Source: Squalus acanthias
Lineage: Eukaryota
Direction: 5' to 3'
Assembly: GCA_030390025.1 (NCBI GenBank)
Contig: CM059432.1
Coordinates: 11,718,001-11,782,000 of the forward strand
DNA: 64,000 bases
Position 1 is the first letter of the stretch, and each line of letters begins with the position of its first letter. A model generated the notes under the pieces. That model saw nothing but the letters and a program-made list of their open reading frames with translations. It ran no database searches and was not told where the DNA came from. Positions 12,378-25,451 of the stretch are shown here, piece by piece. Made by a program: the position numbers and the translations under genes.

Positions 12378-13680
12378 TTTTTAAATTCGTTTTTATGGGA
12401 TGTGGGCGTCGCTGGCAATGCCAGCATTTATTGCCCATCCCTAATTGCCCTCGAGAAGGTGGTGGTGAGCCGCCTTCTTGAACCGCTGCAGTCCGTGTGG
12501 TGAAGGGAGTCCCACAGTGCTGTTAGGGAGGGAGTTTCAGGATTTTGACCCAGCGACGATGAAGGAACGGCAATATACTTCTAAATCAGGATGATGTGTG
12601 ACTTGGAGGGGAACTTGGAGGTGGTGGTGTTCGCATACGTCTGCTGATCTTGTCCTTCTAGGTGGAAGAGGTCGCGGGTTTGGGAGGTGCTGCCGAAGAA
12701 GCCTTGGCGAGTTGCTGCAGTGCATCTTGTAGATGGTACACACTGCAGCCACGGTACGCCGGTGGTGGAGGGAGTGAATGTTTAAGGTGGTAGAGTGGGT
12801 GCCAATCAAGCGGGCTGCTTTGTCCTGGATGGTGTCGAGCTTCTTGAGTGTTCAAAAATGAGAAGTCGCACAACACCAGGTTATAGTCCAACAATTTTAT
12901 TTAAAATTACAAGCTTTCGGAGCGGCTGCTCCTTCGTCAGGCGAAGCGAAGAAATACAAATCGGCACAGCATATATAGACAGAGAACAATGTCAGACGAC
13001 CACAGCCAATCCCTCCGACTGCCCTCCACCACACCTCGGCAGAGAGACAATCAGGTCAGTCAGGAAGACACCACATCAAAGACACAGCAAAACACAACCA
13101 AGACAACGAGGTGGGGCCACAGGGGGTCCAATGCGCCAGATGCTGCAGCATTTGACACATTATACCCCCCGTGACCCCACCTCACCGCCCCAGCTGCATT
13201 CCGCCATGTCTCCGATACAATGTCTTCCTGACCGACCCGACCGTCCCTCTGCCGAGGTGTGACAAAAGGCAGCCAGAAAGATCAACTGCAGTCGTCTGAC
13301 ACTGCACTCTGCACAGGCATTGTTCTCTGTCTATATATGCTGTGCTGATCCGTATCTCCCCACTTCACCTGACGAAGGAGCAGCCGCTCCGAAAGCCCGC
13401 GATTTCAAACAAAACTGTTGGATCACAACCTGGTGTTGTGCGTTGAGTGTTGTTGGAGCTGCACTCATCCAGGCAAGTGGAGAGTATTCCATCACACTCC
13501 TTACTTGTGCCTTGTAGATGGTAGAAAGGCTTTGGGGAGTCAGGAGGTGAGACACTCGCCGCAGAATACCTAGCCTCTGACCTGCTCTTGTTGCCACAGT
13601 ATTTATGTGGCTGGTCCAGTTAAGTTTCTGGTCAATGGTGACCCCCAGGATGTTGATGGTGGGGGACTCGTTGATGGTAC
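12378..13680 (-). mobile_element. Second LINE family, interrupted by Penelope
   Basis: Same sequence as 22110-22935. Confidence 0.8.
12853..13442. mobile_element. Penelope-like insertion with inverted pLTR arms, nested in a LINE
   Basis: About 135-bp inverted arms of the same family as 56578-57486; 9-bp TSD ttgagtgtt (12844-12852, 13443-13451). Confidence 0.85.
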
Positions 13681-15640
13681 ATATATTTTAAACCCTTTTC
13701 TATTACTCTGTAATAGACTATCTCCGAAGTATGATCAATACATATTGATCTGTTTTGAGTCTGCCCCGGGTAAGCACAAATAAAATTAACTGGGACTATT
13801 TGTCCTGGTTAGCACTATTGACGTGCCACATGCCTCTAATTAGGCTGGAACACATCTTTCAGTCAGCTTGACCCTGGGTTTCGCTGCTTCACTCGTGGGG
13901 AGTGATAATCGTTCTGGTTTAAAAATGTTGGCTATCTTAATGGATGCCATTCATCAAAATTAATCCATTTATTTAGACGTGCTTACAGTCTCTCTAGTTA
14001 GTCCTAGTTGGCGATGAGCAGCACTGAGAAGACAGGGCCTGAAAACATGCGGGGCCTGTGATCCCGCTACCCATGCCAAGGCTGTGCCCGCAGGGAGTCT
14101 CTGCTGCTGCCCCTGCAGAGTGTGCCGCGTCAGGGGGAGATTCTCCTCGGGGGGGAGGTTCTCCGTTCCGCATGCCCCTCCGGGAGCCCGCCTGACTACG
14201 ATTGAATTTCAGGCGTCCCGACTGTCCCAAGCAGGCTAGAACATTGGCCCAGTGGTGCCATCTGAAGGGGGTGCCGGATCCTCACGGTGAGGTCATTTTA
14301 TGGGCACCTTTGTGAGGGAGCTGGTAAAAAGAGGCCTCACTTCTTTCAAGGCAACATTTGGTGTGCTTCTCCCCCCCCGTCCCCTTCTCCCCCCTCCCAC
14401 CAACCCCCCCCCCCCCCCCCGACCCTTCCGGGCCACATTCTCTCTAACGAAGGTTCTACCCTTTACAAGGCCTCATGGATACTGGCAGCGCAGTTCGTGT
14501 TCCAGTGTATCTGGGTCCTGGCCGGTCCTCTGGCCTGCCTCCAGCACTCCCGTTAGCGTTACAACTGAAGTGCGCCAGATTAGTCCTCTTAAACATCAAC
14601 TTGTCATGTAAATAACTTCATGTTAAGAGATAAGATGATCAAAATGTTCATATTATTGAAAGATTATTGTTAAATACTGGGTATGGAAGCAAAATTAAAT
14701 GCGAGGAAAAAAAAATCAAGAAATACTAACTCTTATTCTGTTTTTATTTTAAAAAGGTAGATAAATGGTCCCTATACTCCAGTAATGGAGCATTAGATTC
14801 TTAGCCTTGACTGATATTTGAACCCAGCAAACCACAAATGGTATTTAATTTTATTAGGAAAATAAGACAGGAGAATATCTGAAATAAACACCAGCCTCGA
14901 GCATTCCCAGAGTGCTGCACCCTTGCTCAACCTTGGCTGATTTGTGAACCCAGGTCTGCTGCTCCAGAGCATCAGACTCTCACTCAACCTCCACTGGCCT
15001 TTGAACCCAGAGAGTGTCAGTTAATCTCAATGGGTCAGCCTTTGTGGGCCTTGTTGAGGTGGCTCGGTGACACTTTATCTTCAACGGAAGGAAAGCCAGA
15101 TTCAGTGTAAGTGTGCCTCTTGCTGACTGATAATGGAACCACGATAACAGCATCCGTAGAGACATCTGGTGCTCAGGGACCTCTTCTGATGGAAAATAAC
15201 ATGCTAACGCAGAAGCTAGGATTGTTCTCCTTGGAGAAAAACAGGTTTAGGGGAGATTTAATAGAGGTGTTCAAAATTATGAGGGGTTTTGACAGAGTAG
15301 ATAGGGAGAAACTATTTCGACTGGCAGGAGGGCCAGGAACCAGAGGACACAGATTTAAGATAATTGGCAAAAAAGCCAATTTGGGAGATGAGGAAATCTT
15401 TTTTTGCTCAGCGAGTTGTTATGATCTGGAATGCATTGTCTGAAAGGGTGGTGGAGGCAGATTCAGTAGTAACTTTCAAAAGGGAATTGGAGATAGACTT
15501 GAAAAGGAAACACTTGCAGGGCTATGGGGAAAGAGCAGGAGGAGTGGGACTAATTGGACAGCTCTTTCAAAGAGCCAGCACAGGTACGATGGGCCAAATG
15601 GCCTCCTTCTGTGCTGTATCATACAGAGAAGGAACATAAT

Positions 15641-15947
15641 GGGCTGGATTTTCATTGACCCGTGGAGGTGGGTTTGGAGGCGTGTGGGGTGGTTAAAATT
15701 GCAAAAACTGGCGGGTGGACACAAGTCCGCCTCCATGCAATTTTCATTAAATCGTGTCTGCTAGTCCCGACTCCATCCCACTTCTAAGAGACGGGATAGG
15801 CTGTTAAGGCCCTTAACAAGCACTAAATTGCCTCTATAATGCCATTTTGAAAGGCCTTTGTGATTTTAACCCTTGTTCTACGTGAAGCACGCCTGTTCTG
15901 AACCACGATTGTGAAACCTGGCGGGAGCACATTTGGCTGGCTGGAGA

Positions 15948-15980
<33 letters not shown>

Positions 15981-16246
15981 GTCTCTGTAAAAATATCTGG
16001 CAGCAGACTTAGGGCTGCTGCTGCTCATTTTGCAAAGGCCAGGCAGTCTCTGAAGACCTTCAATGCAGCAGCAATGATGACATCATCAGAGGCGACTTTC
16101 AGACTGAAAACACTAATTGGTTCATGGGTTCCCACATGCTGGAACTCAATTGCCCAATTAGGTGAAAATTCCATCAATCTCCCACATCCAATTGCAGTCG
16201 GGTGGATAACACGACCCCAACCCGCCCCAGTATCAAAATCCAGCCC
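15641..16246. mobile_element. Older Harbinger-like MITE
   Basis: Perfect 12-bp TIR GGGCTGGATTTT/AAAATCCAGCCC with 3-bp TSD AAT. Confidence 0.75.
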
Positions 16247-17544
16247 AATGGGCCTGAAATGGCATATTTGGCTGTGCAAGCCGTTATTTGGACTGTTCAG
16301 CTCCCCGTTCATATTGAAGCTGCTTCAGTATATTAAGTGGAGGATGTTAACCTGCTGTTCCGTACGAGAGGCCAGAGAAGGAGCCAGGCGTTCCGTACAA
16401 CATATACCTGTAGCTGTGCCTATTAAGTTTTATAAACTTTGGTGAGTTCACTTGATCTGGCCAGACACACCCAATACTTAACTGAAGCAGGCATGAACAG
16501 ACTGGGAAACTGCGAAGAGGAATAAAAGGCAAATCACGTCAAGGGTGGCGTGTGAATTATAAAGGAAACACTTACAGGTTGATAAGTTGAAGGTTAATTA
16601 AAGCAGTGTGCTCCTTGTACAGTTTGAAATGCGATTCTAAACCGAAGGGAAAAGAAATGAGTCAAATGCCCGTCCCAATTTCTGTGCGATGCTGACGAAT
16701 GATTCTGCTGTGTTGGTTCGGATCCCTTCATTGCTGCAGTTGCTGTCAAAGTGGATTAAATTACCTCGCTGCTGGCATGTGCAAACTTATTGATTTAAAA
16801 AAGGACAAGAACCTATTTGAGTCAAGTGTTAACCTTCAATTTAGGACGATCATAGAATCATACAGCACAGAAGGAGCCCATTCGGCCCATCGTGCCTGTG
16901 CCGGCTCTTTGAAAGAGCCGTCCAATTCGTTCCCCCCCCCCTGCTCTTTCCCCACAGCCCTGCAAATGTTTCCTTTTCAAGTCTATATCCAGTTCCCCTT
17001 TTGAAAGTTACTATTGAATCTGCTTCCACCGCCCTTTCAGGCAGCGCGTTCCAGATCATCATAACTCGCTGCATTAAAAAAAAAATCTCCTCATCTTCCC
17101 CTCTGGTTCTTTTGCCAATTATCTTAAATCTCTGGTTACCAACCCTCAACCAGTGGAAACAGTTTCTCCTTAGTTACTCTGTCAAAACCCCTCATAATTT
17201 TAAACACCTCTATTGAATTTCCTTTCTCTGCTCTAAGGAGAACAATCCCAGCTGTCTGAAGGGCGTGAACATGCTGGAACCCTGAGAGAGTGACATCAGT
17301 TTAAACTATTTAAATTAATGGTTGTAAAATCATGTGTAGCACACACCCAACTTTCCAATACGCACTCCTGTCGGCCGAGACACCCCAGCAATAACGTGAA
17401 GTTGAAAACGACTCCTTTATTGTGTAATCTTTCTCACGATGTATTTCTCCTTCTCGAGTAGCAGTTTACTCAGGAGAGGGATAGAAATCAAATACTTCCG
17501 GGTCGCTGGTGATGCTTGTTTCTCACAAGTTTGACTCACCCCTG

Positions 17545-17935
17545 GCTTCTTGTTGTTTCGTATGGCGGGAAAAGCTTATTATGGGATGTCTAGTTTGGCT
17601 GTCCATCCGATGGCCTCCTGAGATGCCGAGGGGAGAAATGAGGTGCCTCCCGCAACAGATCTCAGTGGGCAGGTTGATGCGATGTGTTCCATGGTCTGGG
17701 ACTCGTGGCCACAGCCGCACTTCGGGGTCGTCCCTCATCTTCCACTTGTGGAGCTGGTGGTCGCATCGTCCGTGCCCTGTGTGGATTGGGTTGAGCGCTG
17801 TCCACTGTCCTCGAGAGAGGTCAAAGCCAGGGACCTCTGCTGTTGGGTCAGTGATGAGGTGGTCATTCCATGACTCCGAGATCCCTCCTTCAGTCTGCTC
17901 GATGTCTCAGAAACTCTTCGCTTCCCATCTATTTG
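17545..17935 (-). mobile_element. Ingi/Vingi-like (I-group) LINE 3' end
   Basis: PGFDLSRGQWTALNPIHTGHGRC..KW..DP, one frameshift, then KCGCGHESQTMEHIASTCP (CCHC-type finger) ...WTAKLDIP*, followed by a short 3' UTR with gccatacga. Confidence 0.65.
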
Positions 17936-18096
17936 TGTCCAGGATTCCATTGCATCACAGAAGTTTGCAGTACAGAAGGAGGCCATTAGGCCCATTCCTA
18001 TCATATCTGTGCTGCTTAAGCATTCCAACCCTAATCTTCATGCTCTGTTAGCTTCCCATAGCTCTTTAGGTTCCTCATCCCTCATCCCCTTTCCAT

Positions 18097-19215
18097 GCAA
18101 GGATGTCTTGCTGCAGTTGTACGGGGCCTTGGTGAGACCACACCTTGAGTATTGTGTGCAGTTTTGGTCGCCTTATCTGAGGAAGGATGTTCTTGTCATG
18201 GAGGGAGTGCAGCGAAGATTCACCAGACTGATACCTGGGATGGCAGGAATGACATATGAGGAGAGATTGGGTCAATTGGGCTTGTATTCGCTAGAGTTTA
18301 GAAGAATGAGAGGGGATCTCATTGAAACTTATAAAATTCTAACAGGACTAGACAGACTAGACGCAGGAAGGATGTTCCCGATGGAGGGGGAGTCCAGAAC
18401 CAGAGGTCACAGTCTAAGGATAAGGGGTAAGCCATTTAGGACTGAGATGAGGAGGAATTTCTTCACCCAGAGAGTGATGAACCTGTGGAATTCTCTACCA
18501 CAGAAGACAGTTGAATCCAATTCATTAAATATATTCAAGAAGGAGTTAGATATATTTCATAAGGCTAAGGGAATCAAGGGATATGGGGAGAAAGCAGGGA
18601 CAGGGTACTGAATTTGGATGATCAGCCATGATCGCATTGAATGGCGGAGCAGGCTTGAGGGGCCGAATGGCCTACTCCTGCTCCTATCTTCTATGTTTCT
18701 ATGTTTCTCAAGATTTGCTCTAGGGCTAATTTTCATCTACAGGTAGGTGTAAGTCAGTTCTAAGTGTTTAAGAACTGGTAAAGATTGGATAGGCTGGGGC
18801 TGTTTTCTTTGGAACAGAGGAGGCTGAGGGGAGACCTCATTGAGGTGTATAAAATTATGAGGGGCCTAGATAGAGTGGATAGGAAGGACCTATTTCCCTT
18901 AGCAGTGGGGTCAACAACCAGGGGGCAGAGATTTAAAGTAATTGGTCGGAGGTTTAGAGGGGATTCGAGGAGAAATTTCTTCACCCAGAGGGTTGTGGGG
19001 GTCTGGAACTCACTGCCTGAAAGGGTGGTAGAGGCAGGAACCCGAACCACATTTAAAAAGTACTTGGATGTGCACTTGGGATGCTCTAACCTGCAGGGCT
19101 ACGGACCAAGAGCTGGGAAGTGGGATTAGGCTGGATAGCTCTTTGTTGGCCGGCGCGGACACAATGGGCCGAAATGGCCTCCTTCCATGCTGTAACTTTC
19201 TATGATTCTATGAAT
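18097..19215 (+). mobile_element. Two adjacent CR1 3' fragments of different subfamilies
   Basis: [13 protein letters not shown] and RGDLIE...NFFTQRV..WNSLP motifs, each with a tandem-repeat tail. Confidence 0.9.
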
Positions 19216-19945
19216 AAGAATGGAAAGGGCAAATGCTAATAGTGCACAATTCTCCAGTGTAAGTTAATTTGCATAATTATTCACTGTAGCAGCTGAGTTT
19301 AGTGAGCACAGTAGTAGTGGGAGAGAAGACTGCAAGGGAAATTTAAAGGGATTAGACGAGCTAAAGGGAAGTTGCGCAGTACGGGGCAAAAATTCAGAAA
19401 GCTTCTGGAGAGTCCCACAAAGCAGCTGAACACATTGGCAGCCCTCGGCAAGGCTGAGGGGGCACGGCATTAAGGAGCGGCAGGCGACAACGAAGGGGAG
19501 GGAAACCCTGTTAAGAGTCGGAGCAGCCCATTACACAATCACCACAGTCGATGGCTATTCATGTTAAGGTGGTGTAGCATGAGGTGCTTGTTGTGAGGAG
19601 GGTTTGCCTCTGTGCCACTCCAAATCACCATCCCCATAGGTTATCACCGCAGCGCGCCGACAAGGAGTTAAAGCCAAGCTTCAGCCAAAACTTGACCGTT
19701 ACTGTCCTGCAATGTGCCAACCTTGTGCTCCACAGCAGCCGCAGGTGTCCTTAATGCAGAAGGCACAGCTCTGCACCTGCCTTTCTATTACAGCAGACCC
19801 TGAGAAGATTGTCTCCATTGTTATGTATGGGCGTCAAAGTCTTCAAAAATGATTGGCTGCATCTTCCAAGATGCCACCAATCAGCTTGCTGTTGATCGTC
19901 CTGCGTGCTTTCTTTCATGCAGTACCACGTAAAGCATGACATACA

Positions 19946-20689
19946 GGGGGAAAAATTCAGCTGCCTGCGCCTCCCGTTAGCGCCTTAAGAGGGCGCTAAT
20001 GGGGCGCAAAGCAGCTAACGCCCGGGCGCAGCGCCGCCCACGCCTCCCGCAAAATTCAGCGGGAGGTTAGCGGCGGCGCCAGCCGGTAGCGCCCTGTGGC
20101 ACTGCGCCGCCGGCGATGACGTCATCGCCGTGCGCAGCACCCCGCTCGTGCTCCAGCCGCGATCTTCGGTCGCGCCCCCTGACTTACCGCCAGATGCTAT
20201 GTCCGACGGGTTCAGGGGGGCGTACGTGCGGCCGGGGCGGCGATATTTAAAGGGGAGGTGGCAGGCGGCCATTTTTGTTGCTGGCCGCCTGCCAGCACCT
20301 GCCCCCGTTGCTGTCCCCGGCCCCCGTGAAGCCCCCCCCACCGTGAAGTGCCGGCTGCGCTCCAAGAGCCCGGCACTTCTCTTGAGTGCCGGGCTCTTTT
20401 GCCGGCACTCACGATCCCTGGGGGCCCAGCTGGGCCCCGGTTCGCGCTGCGCAGGGCCCCTCCCCTTTAAGAAGGGGAGGAAGGCCTGCAGTACCGCGGC
20501 ACGTAGCGCCAGGATATTCCCTCGCAGAGCCCCAAGAGGGATGCGGGGTGCTTCCAGTAGCGCCCCGCTTCCCTCTTGGGGCGCAACCACTCAAGTTCCG
20601 GCGCGGGGGCGCTAATTTTTTCGGGGCGCTAAACGTAGCGCCCCGGCGAGGTTAGCACCCCAAATGGGGCGCGACTCAATTTTTAGCCC
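19946..20689 (+). mobile_element. GC-rich MITE family B
   Basis: Ends GGGGGAAAAATT...AATTTTTAGCCC; flanks ACA/ATA; similar to 11301-11998. Confidence 0.78.
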
Positions 20690-20746
20690 ATAGTGTTTGG
20701 GGTGCTCCAAAAGAACCATCCAACTGACGTCATCGGGGATCTGCTG

Positions 20747-21266
20747 GCACAGCTTCCTTTGGGAAGAAGAGAAGGTTCGGGGCAGCCTCCTTTGGGAAGA
20801 GGAGAACGTTCCGGGCAGCTTCCTTTGGGAAGAGGAGAAGGTTCAGGGCAGCTTCCTTTGGGAAGCGGAGAAGGTTCGGGGCAGCTTCCTTTGGGAAGAG
20901 GAGAAGGTTCAGGGCAGCTTCCTTTGGGAAGTGGAGAAGGTTCGGGGCAGCTTCCTTTGGGAAGAGGAGAAGGGTCAGGGCAGCTTCCTTTGGGAAGAGG
21001 AGAAGCTTCGGGGCAGCTTCCTTTGGGAAGAGGAGAAGGTTCAGGGCAGCTTCCTTCGGGAAGAGGAGAAGGTTCAGGGCAGCTTCCTTCGGGAAGAGGA
21101 GAAGGTTCGGGGCAACTTCCTTCGGGAAGAGGAGAAGGTTCAGGGCAGCTTCCTTTGGGAAGAGGAGAAGCTTCGGGGCAGCTACCTTTGGGAAGAGGAG
21201 AAGGTTCGGGGCAGCTACCTTTGGGAAGAGGAGAAGGTTCGGGGCAGCTTCCTTTGGGAAGAGGAG
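20747..21266. repeat. 33-bp minisatellite, about 16 copies (gcagcttcctttgggaagaggagaaggttcRgg)
   Basis: Directly visible; gives an 11-aa periodicity in three open frames. Confidence 0.95.
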
Positions 21267-22109
21267 CCTCTCCACAAACTCGAGCTCATGCAGACCTCTG
21301 CTGCTCGTCTCCTGACTCGCACCAAGTCCCGTTCACCCATCACCCCTTGTGCTCGCTGCACATTGCCCTGTAAATGGATCTGACAAGGTTCGGCAGCACT
21401 TTTCTCGTGGAAAAGGTTTACCGTAGTCTGCTTTGGAGTTAAATGTTTGAGATCTAAATGTATTTTACAAAACAAAGCAAGACACAAAGTGCAAATAAAA
21501 ACCTCTGCCTTGATCTCCAGTTCAAGGTTACGAGCTATTAAATGCAGCATTGCGTGGAGTGCGTGAGCTTCATACATTATAGTCAGAGTTGCATTGACTT
21601 TGACACTATTAAAAGGAAAATTCATTCTCACACTTACAGCCTTGGGCAGCATGCAGTGTGATGTTTCCCATGATTTTAAAATCTTGGCGGGCAATGAAAA
21701 GATGCATTCATGCTCCATTCTAGCCAAGTTTTATTATTAACCTAATTTTGTTGATATCTGAAATGTTTCTGTGCTCGAGACTAAGTTGGCCATCCGTTTG
21801 GATAAATACTCGGCTCGGATAAATGTAAAACAATGCAGCCTGAAGCGGGAAATCGTATAATCCAGCCTATAGGTGTGAACAAAAATATTTACTCTCCGAT
21901 TTTAACTGGAGGCGAGGGGTTTGGTGGCTAGCCAGAATTTGCCTGTTAAAATAGGGGCACAGCACGAGGCCAGCGAGGATTGGGTGAGTAGGTCGCCTCA
22001 AGGAGTTTAACCCCCAGCTCCCCCCCAACACTCTGTTCTCGTTGGGCATGGGGGGTTAAATCGGGGCTTTATTGATGGTTAGCAATCCTTCCTTTCCTTC
22101 ATGGCCATG

Positions 22110-22935
22110 ATTTTTGTTTATTCGTTCATGGGATGTGGGCATCGCTGGCAAGGCCAGCATTTATTGCCCATCCCAACTGCCCTTGAGAAGGTGGTGGTGA
22201 GACGCCTTCTTGAACCGCTGCAGTCCGTGTGGTGAAGGTGCTCCCACAGTGCTGTTAGGGAGGGAGTTCCAGGATTTTGACCCAGCGACAATGAAGGAAT
22301 GGCGATATATTTCCATGTCAGGATGGTGGGGAACTTGGAGGTGATGGTGTTCCCATGCACCTGCTGCCCTTGTCCTTCTAGGTGGTAGAGGTCATGGGTT
22401 TGGGAGGTGCTGCCGAAGAAGCCTTGGCGAGTTGCTGCAGTGCATCTTGTAGATGGTACACACTGCAGTCACGGTGCCCCAGTGGTGGAGGGAGTGAATG
22501 TTTAAGGTGGTGGATGGGATGCCAATCAAGCGGGCTGCTTTGTCCTGGATGGTGTCGAGCTTCTTGAGTGTTGTTGGAGCTGCACTCATCCAGGCAAGTG
22601 GAGAGTATTCCATCACTCTCCTTACTTGTGCCTTGTAGATGGTGGAGAGGCTTTGGGGAGTCAGGAGGTGAGACACTCGCCGCAGAATACCTAGCCTCTG
22701 ACCTGCTCTTGTTGCCACAGTATTTATGAGGCTTGTCCAGTAAAGTTTCTGGTCAATGGTGACCCCCAGGATGTTGATGGTGGGGGATTCGGCGATGGTA
22801 ATGCCATTGAATGTCAAGGGGCGGTGGTTAGACTCTCTCTTGTTGAACATGGTCATTGCCTGGCACTTGTGTGATGCAAATGTTACTTGCCACTTATCAG
22901 CCCAAGCCCGGATGTCATCCAGGTCTTGCTGCATA
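22110..22935 (-). mobile_element. Second LINE family 3' fragment (other copies near 26620-26980, 37010-37265, 38490-38810, 52005-52400)
   Basis: 180-aa ORF QQDLDDIRAWADKWQVTF...YKAQVR..MEY (RT thumb region). Confidence 0.85.
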
Positions 22936-23532
22936 TTGATTTGATAGAAGTTTAAATATTAGGAAAAATGAAAGTTGAGGGATAGTTTATTGAGCTCCTA
23001 AAGGATGACCCTTTTGTACATTTTCAAAAGTTGCAAGGCAAGTATGATTGTGCTGAAAGTGTTTGATATTACATTATCATGTTGAATAATGTAGGGTTGA
23101 ATTGTTTATTTTAAGGAAAATCAACTCTGTACAGTTATTCGCTACATAAGCCCCTATTACGTGAATTCTAACTAGAAAACCAGGAAATTTTGGAGTAAGT
23201 TAGCAACGGCGAGATTGGTGCGAAATTTTCGGCATACGTCATTGCCGTTGCAGGAAATTCTGGACCGATATAAACAGAAAATGTTTCCGGGGCAGGTTGG
23301 ATATGATGGGTAATTTTTTTTCCGTTTGCCCTCCTGGTGCAGAGATTTGTCCCTCGTGGTATTTGGCACGTTCTGGCTGTCGGACAAATCCATTGGGATT
23401 CTGTTGCATGTTTTCGGTACATCGAAGAGATGCCCTATCCCAATGCTCCTTTACAGCTCCTGGGTGTAGTAATGCTCTGCTTAAAAAGATGGTGCGATTT
23501 CTGTGTGAGCACTTCTCATTCCTCTGCCGCAG

Positions 23533-23619
23533 ATCAATGGTAGCATCCCTCCCAAACTGAAGAAAAGCGCCCACGAAATGATCCTGGACTTTATCCGTTC
23601 ACGGCCTCCGTTAAACCCT
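23533..23619 (+). CDS. SPIRE1: SPIRE1 exon, WH2-C ([29 protein letters not shown])
   Basis: cgcag| acceptor, |gtgagt donor, 87 nt, phase 0-0. Matches [29 protein letters not shown]. Confidence 0.96.
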
Positions 23620-25321
23620 GTGAGTACAGCAGATCTCTTTTAGAATTTGTAACAGCCACGATTGACTTGCGAGACCAGTCTGACAAGTTTGGACGACACT
23701 GTAAACCACGGGTGTGAATCACGCGGTTAGAACGTGACTTGAGCTGAGCTTTCTGTAACTGACTTGATTTCTCCGACTGGAATTTTAAACATGAAGGCAT
23801 TGAAGATGTTTAAATTGTCCATTGGAGTCAACAGCAGGGAGGTCTGTGCTTGTCAAACCCATTTGCATTTATCAAGTTGCTGATTCCCCATGGAGTGAAG
23901 TTAAAGTGAATTCAAGTATAATAATAATAAGATGGAATGCAATAATTACATAGAATGTACAGCACAGAAAGAGGCCATTCGGCCCAACAAGTCTAAGCCG
24001 GTGTTTATGCTCCACACCAGCCTCCTCCCACCTTACTTCATCTCACCCCATCAGCATATCCTTCTCTTCCTTTCTCCCTCATGTACTTATCCAGCTTCCT
24101 CTTAATTAAATATAAAATATATAATATACACTAAAAGAACATATTAAGTATAATAAGCGAAATTATATATATATATATATACATTCTCGCCTTTGAGCTG
24201 CACCTCATGGGATGTCAGAAAATGATGATTACCTGGATTTTTGTAGTTACATAGACTTACATAGAATATACAGCACAGAAACAGGCCACTCGGCCCAACT
24301 AGTCTGTGCTGGTGTTTATACTCCGCACAAGCCCCCTCCCATTCCATCTAGCTCATCTCAGCCTTTCAGCATACCTTTCTATTTGCATTTGCATTGCATT
24401 TTTTTTTTAATACAGCGCCTTTCACGACCACCGGACGTCTCAAAGCGCTTTACAGCCATAGAAGTACTTTTTTTGAAGTGCAGTCACTGTTGTAATGTGG
24501 GAAACGCGGCAGCCAATTTACGCACAGCAAGCTCCCACAAACAGCAATGTGATAATGACCAGATAATCTGTTTTTGTTATGTTGGTTGAGGGATAAATAT
24601 TGGCCAGGACACCGGGGATAACTCCCCTGCTCTTCTTCGAAATAGTGGCCATGGGATCTTTTACGTCCACCTGAGAGAGCAGACGGGGCCCTCGGTTTAA
24701 CGTCTCATCTGAAAGACGGCACCTCCGACAGTGCAGCACTCCCTCAGCACTGCACTGGGAGTGTCAGCCTAGCTTTATGTGCTCAAGTCCCTGGAGTGGG
24801 ACTCGAACCCACAACCTTCTGGCTCAGAGGCGAGTGTGCTATTCCCTTTTCTCTCATGTACTCGTCTAGTTTCATTCTGAAAGCATCTGAGCGATTTGCC
24901 TCAACCATTCCCTGTGGTGGCGAGTTCAACGTTCTAACCACTCTCTGAGTGAAGACATTTTTCCTTATTTCCCCATTGGATTTATTAGTAACTATCTTGT
25001 ATTTATGGCCCCCAGTTTTGGATTCTCCCACAAGTGGAAACATTCTCTCCACATCTATCCTGTCCAACCCATTCATAATTTCAAGAGGTAAGCTCTATCA
25101 GGCCACCTCTAATAAGTCTTCTCTTTTCTAAAGCAAAAAGCCCCAACCTGTTTAATCTTTCCCAATCATAGACTGGTTACAGCACAGAAGGAGGCCATTC
25201 GGCCCGTCGAGCCCGTGCCAGTAATCTCCCAGCTGTCAGTTCTGGTACCATCCTTGCAAATCTTTTCTTGCACTTTCTCCAGTCGGATTTTTTAACTGTT
25301 GTTATTTTCTCTGGGGCACAG

Positions 25322-25451
25322 GCATCTGCACGGAAACTGAAGCCAACTCCACCGCGCCCTCGGAGCCTTCACGAAAGAATATTGGAAGAAATCAAGTCTG
25401 AGCGGAAACTACGGCCAGTGTCTCCCGATGAGATCAGGCGCAGCAAATTTG
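25322..25451 (+). CDS. SPIRE1: SPIRE1 exon, linker 3 and WH2-D ([43 protein letters not shown])
   Basis: cacag| acceptor, |gtgagt donor, 130 nt, phase 0-1. Confidence 0.96.

Noticed and set aside
20693..21383. Collagen-like or repetitive protein gene
   Set aside because: The ORFs arise from a stop-free 33-bp unit. There is no Gly-X-Y register, ATG context or splice structure.
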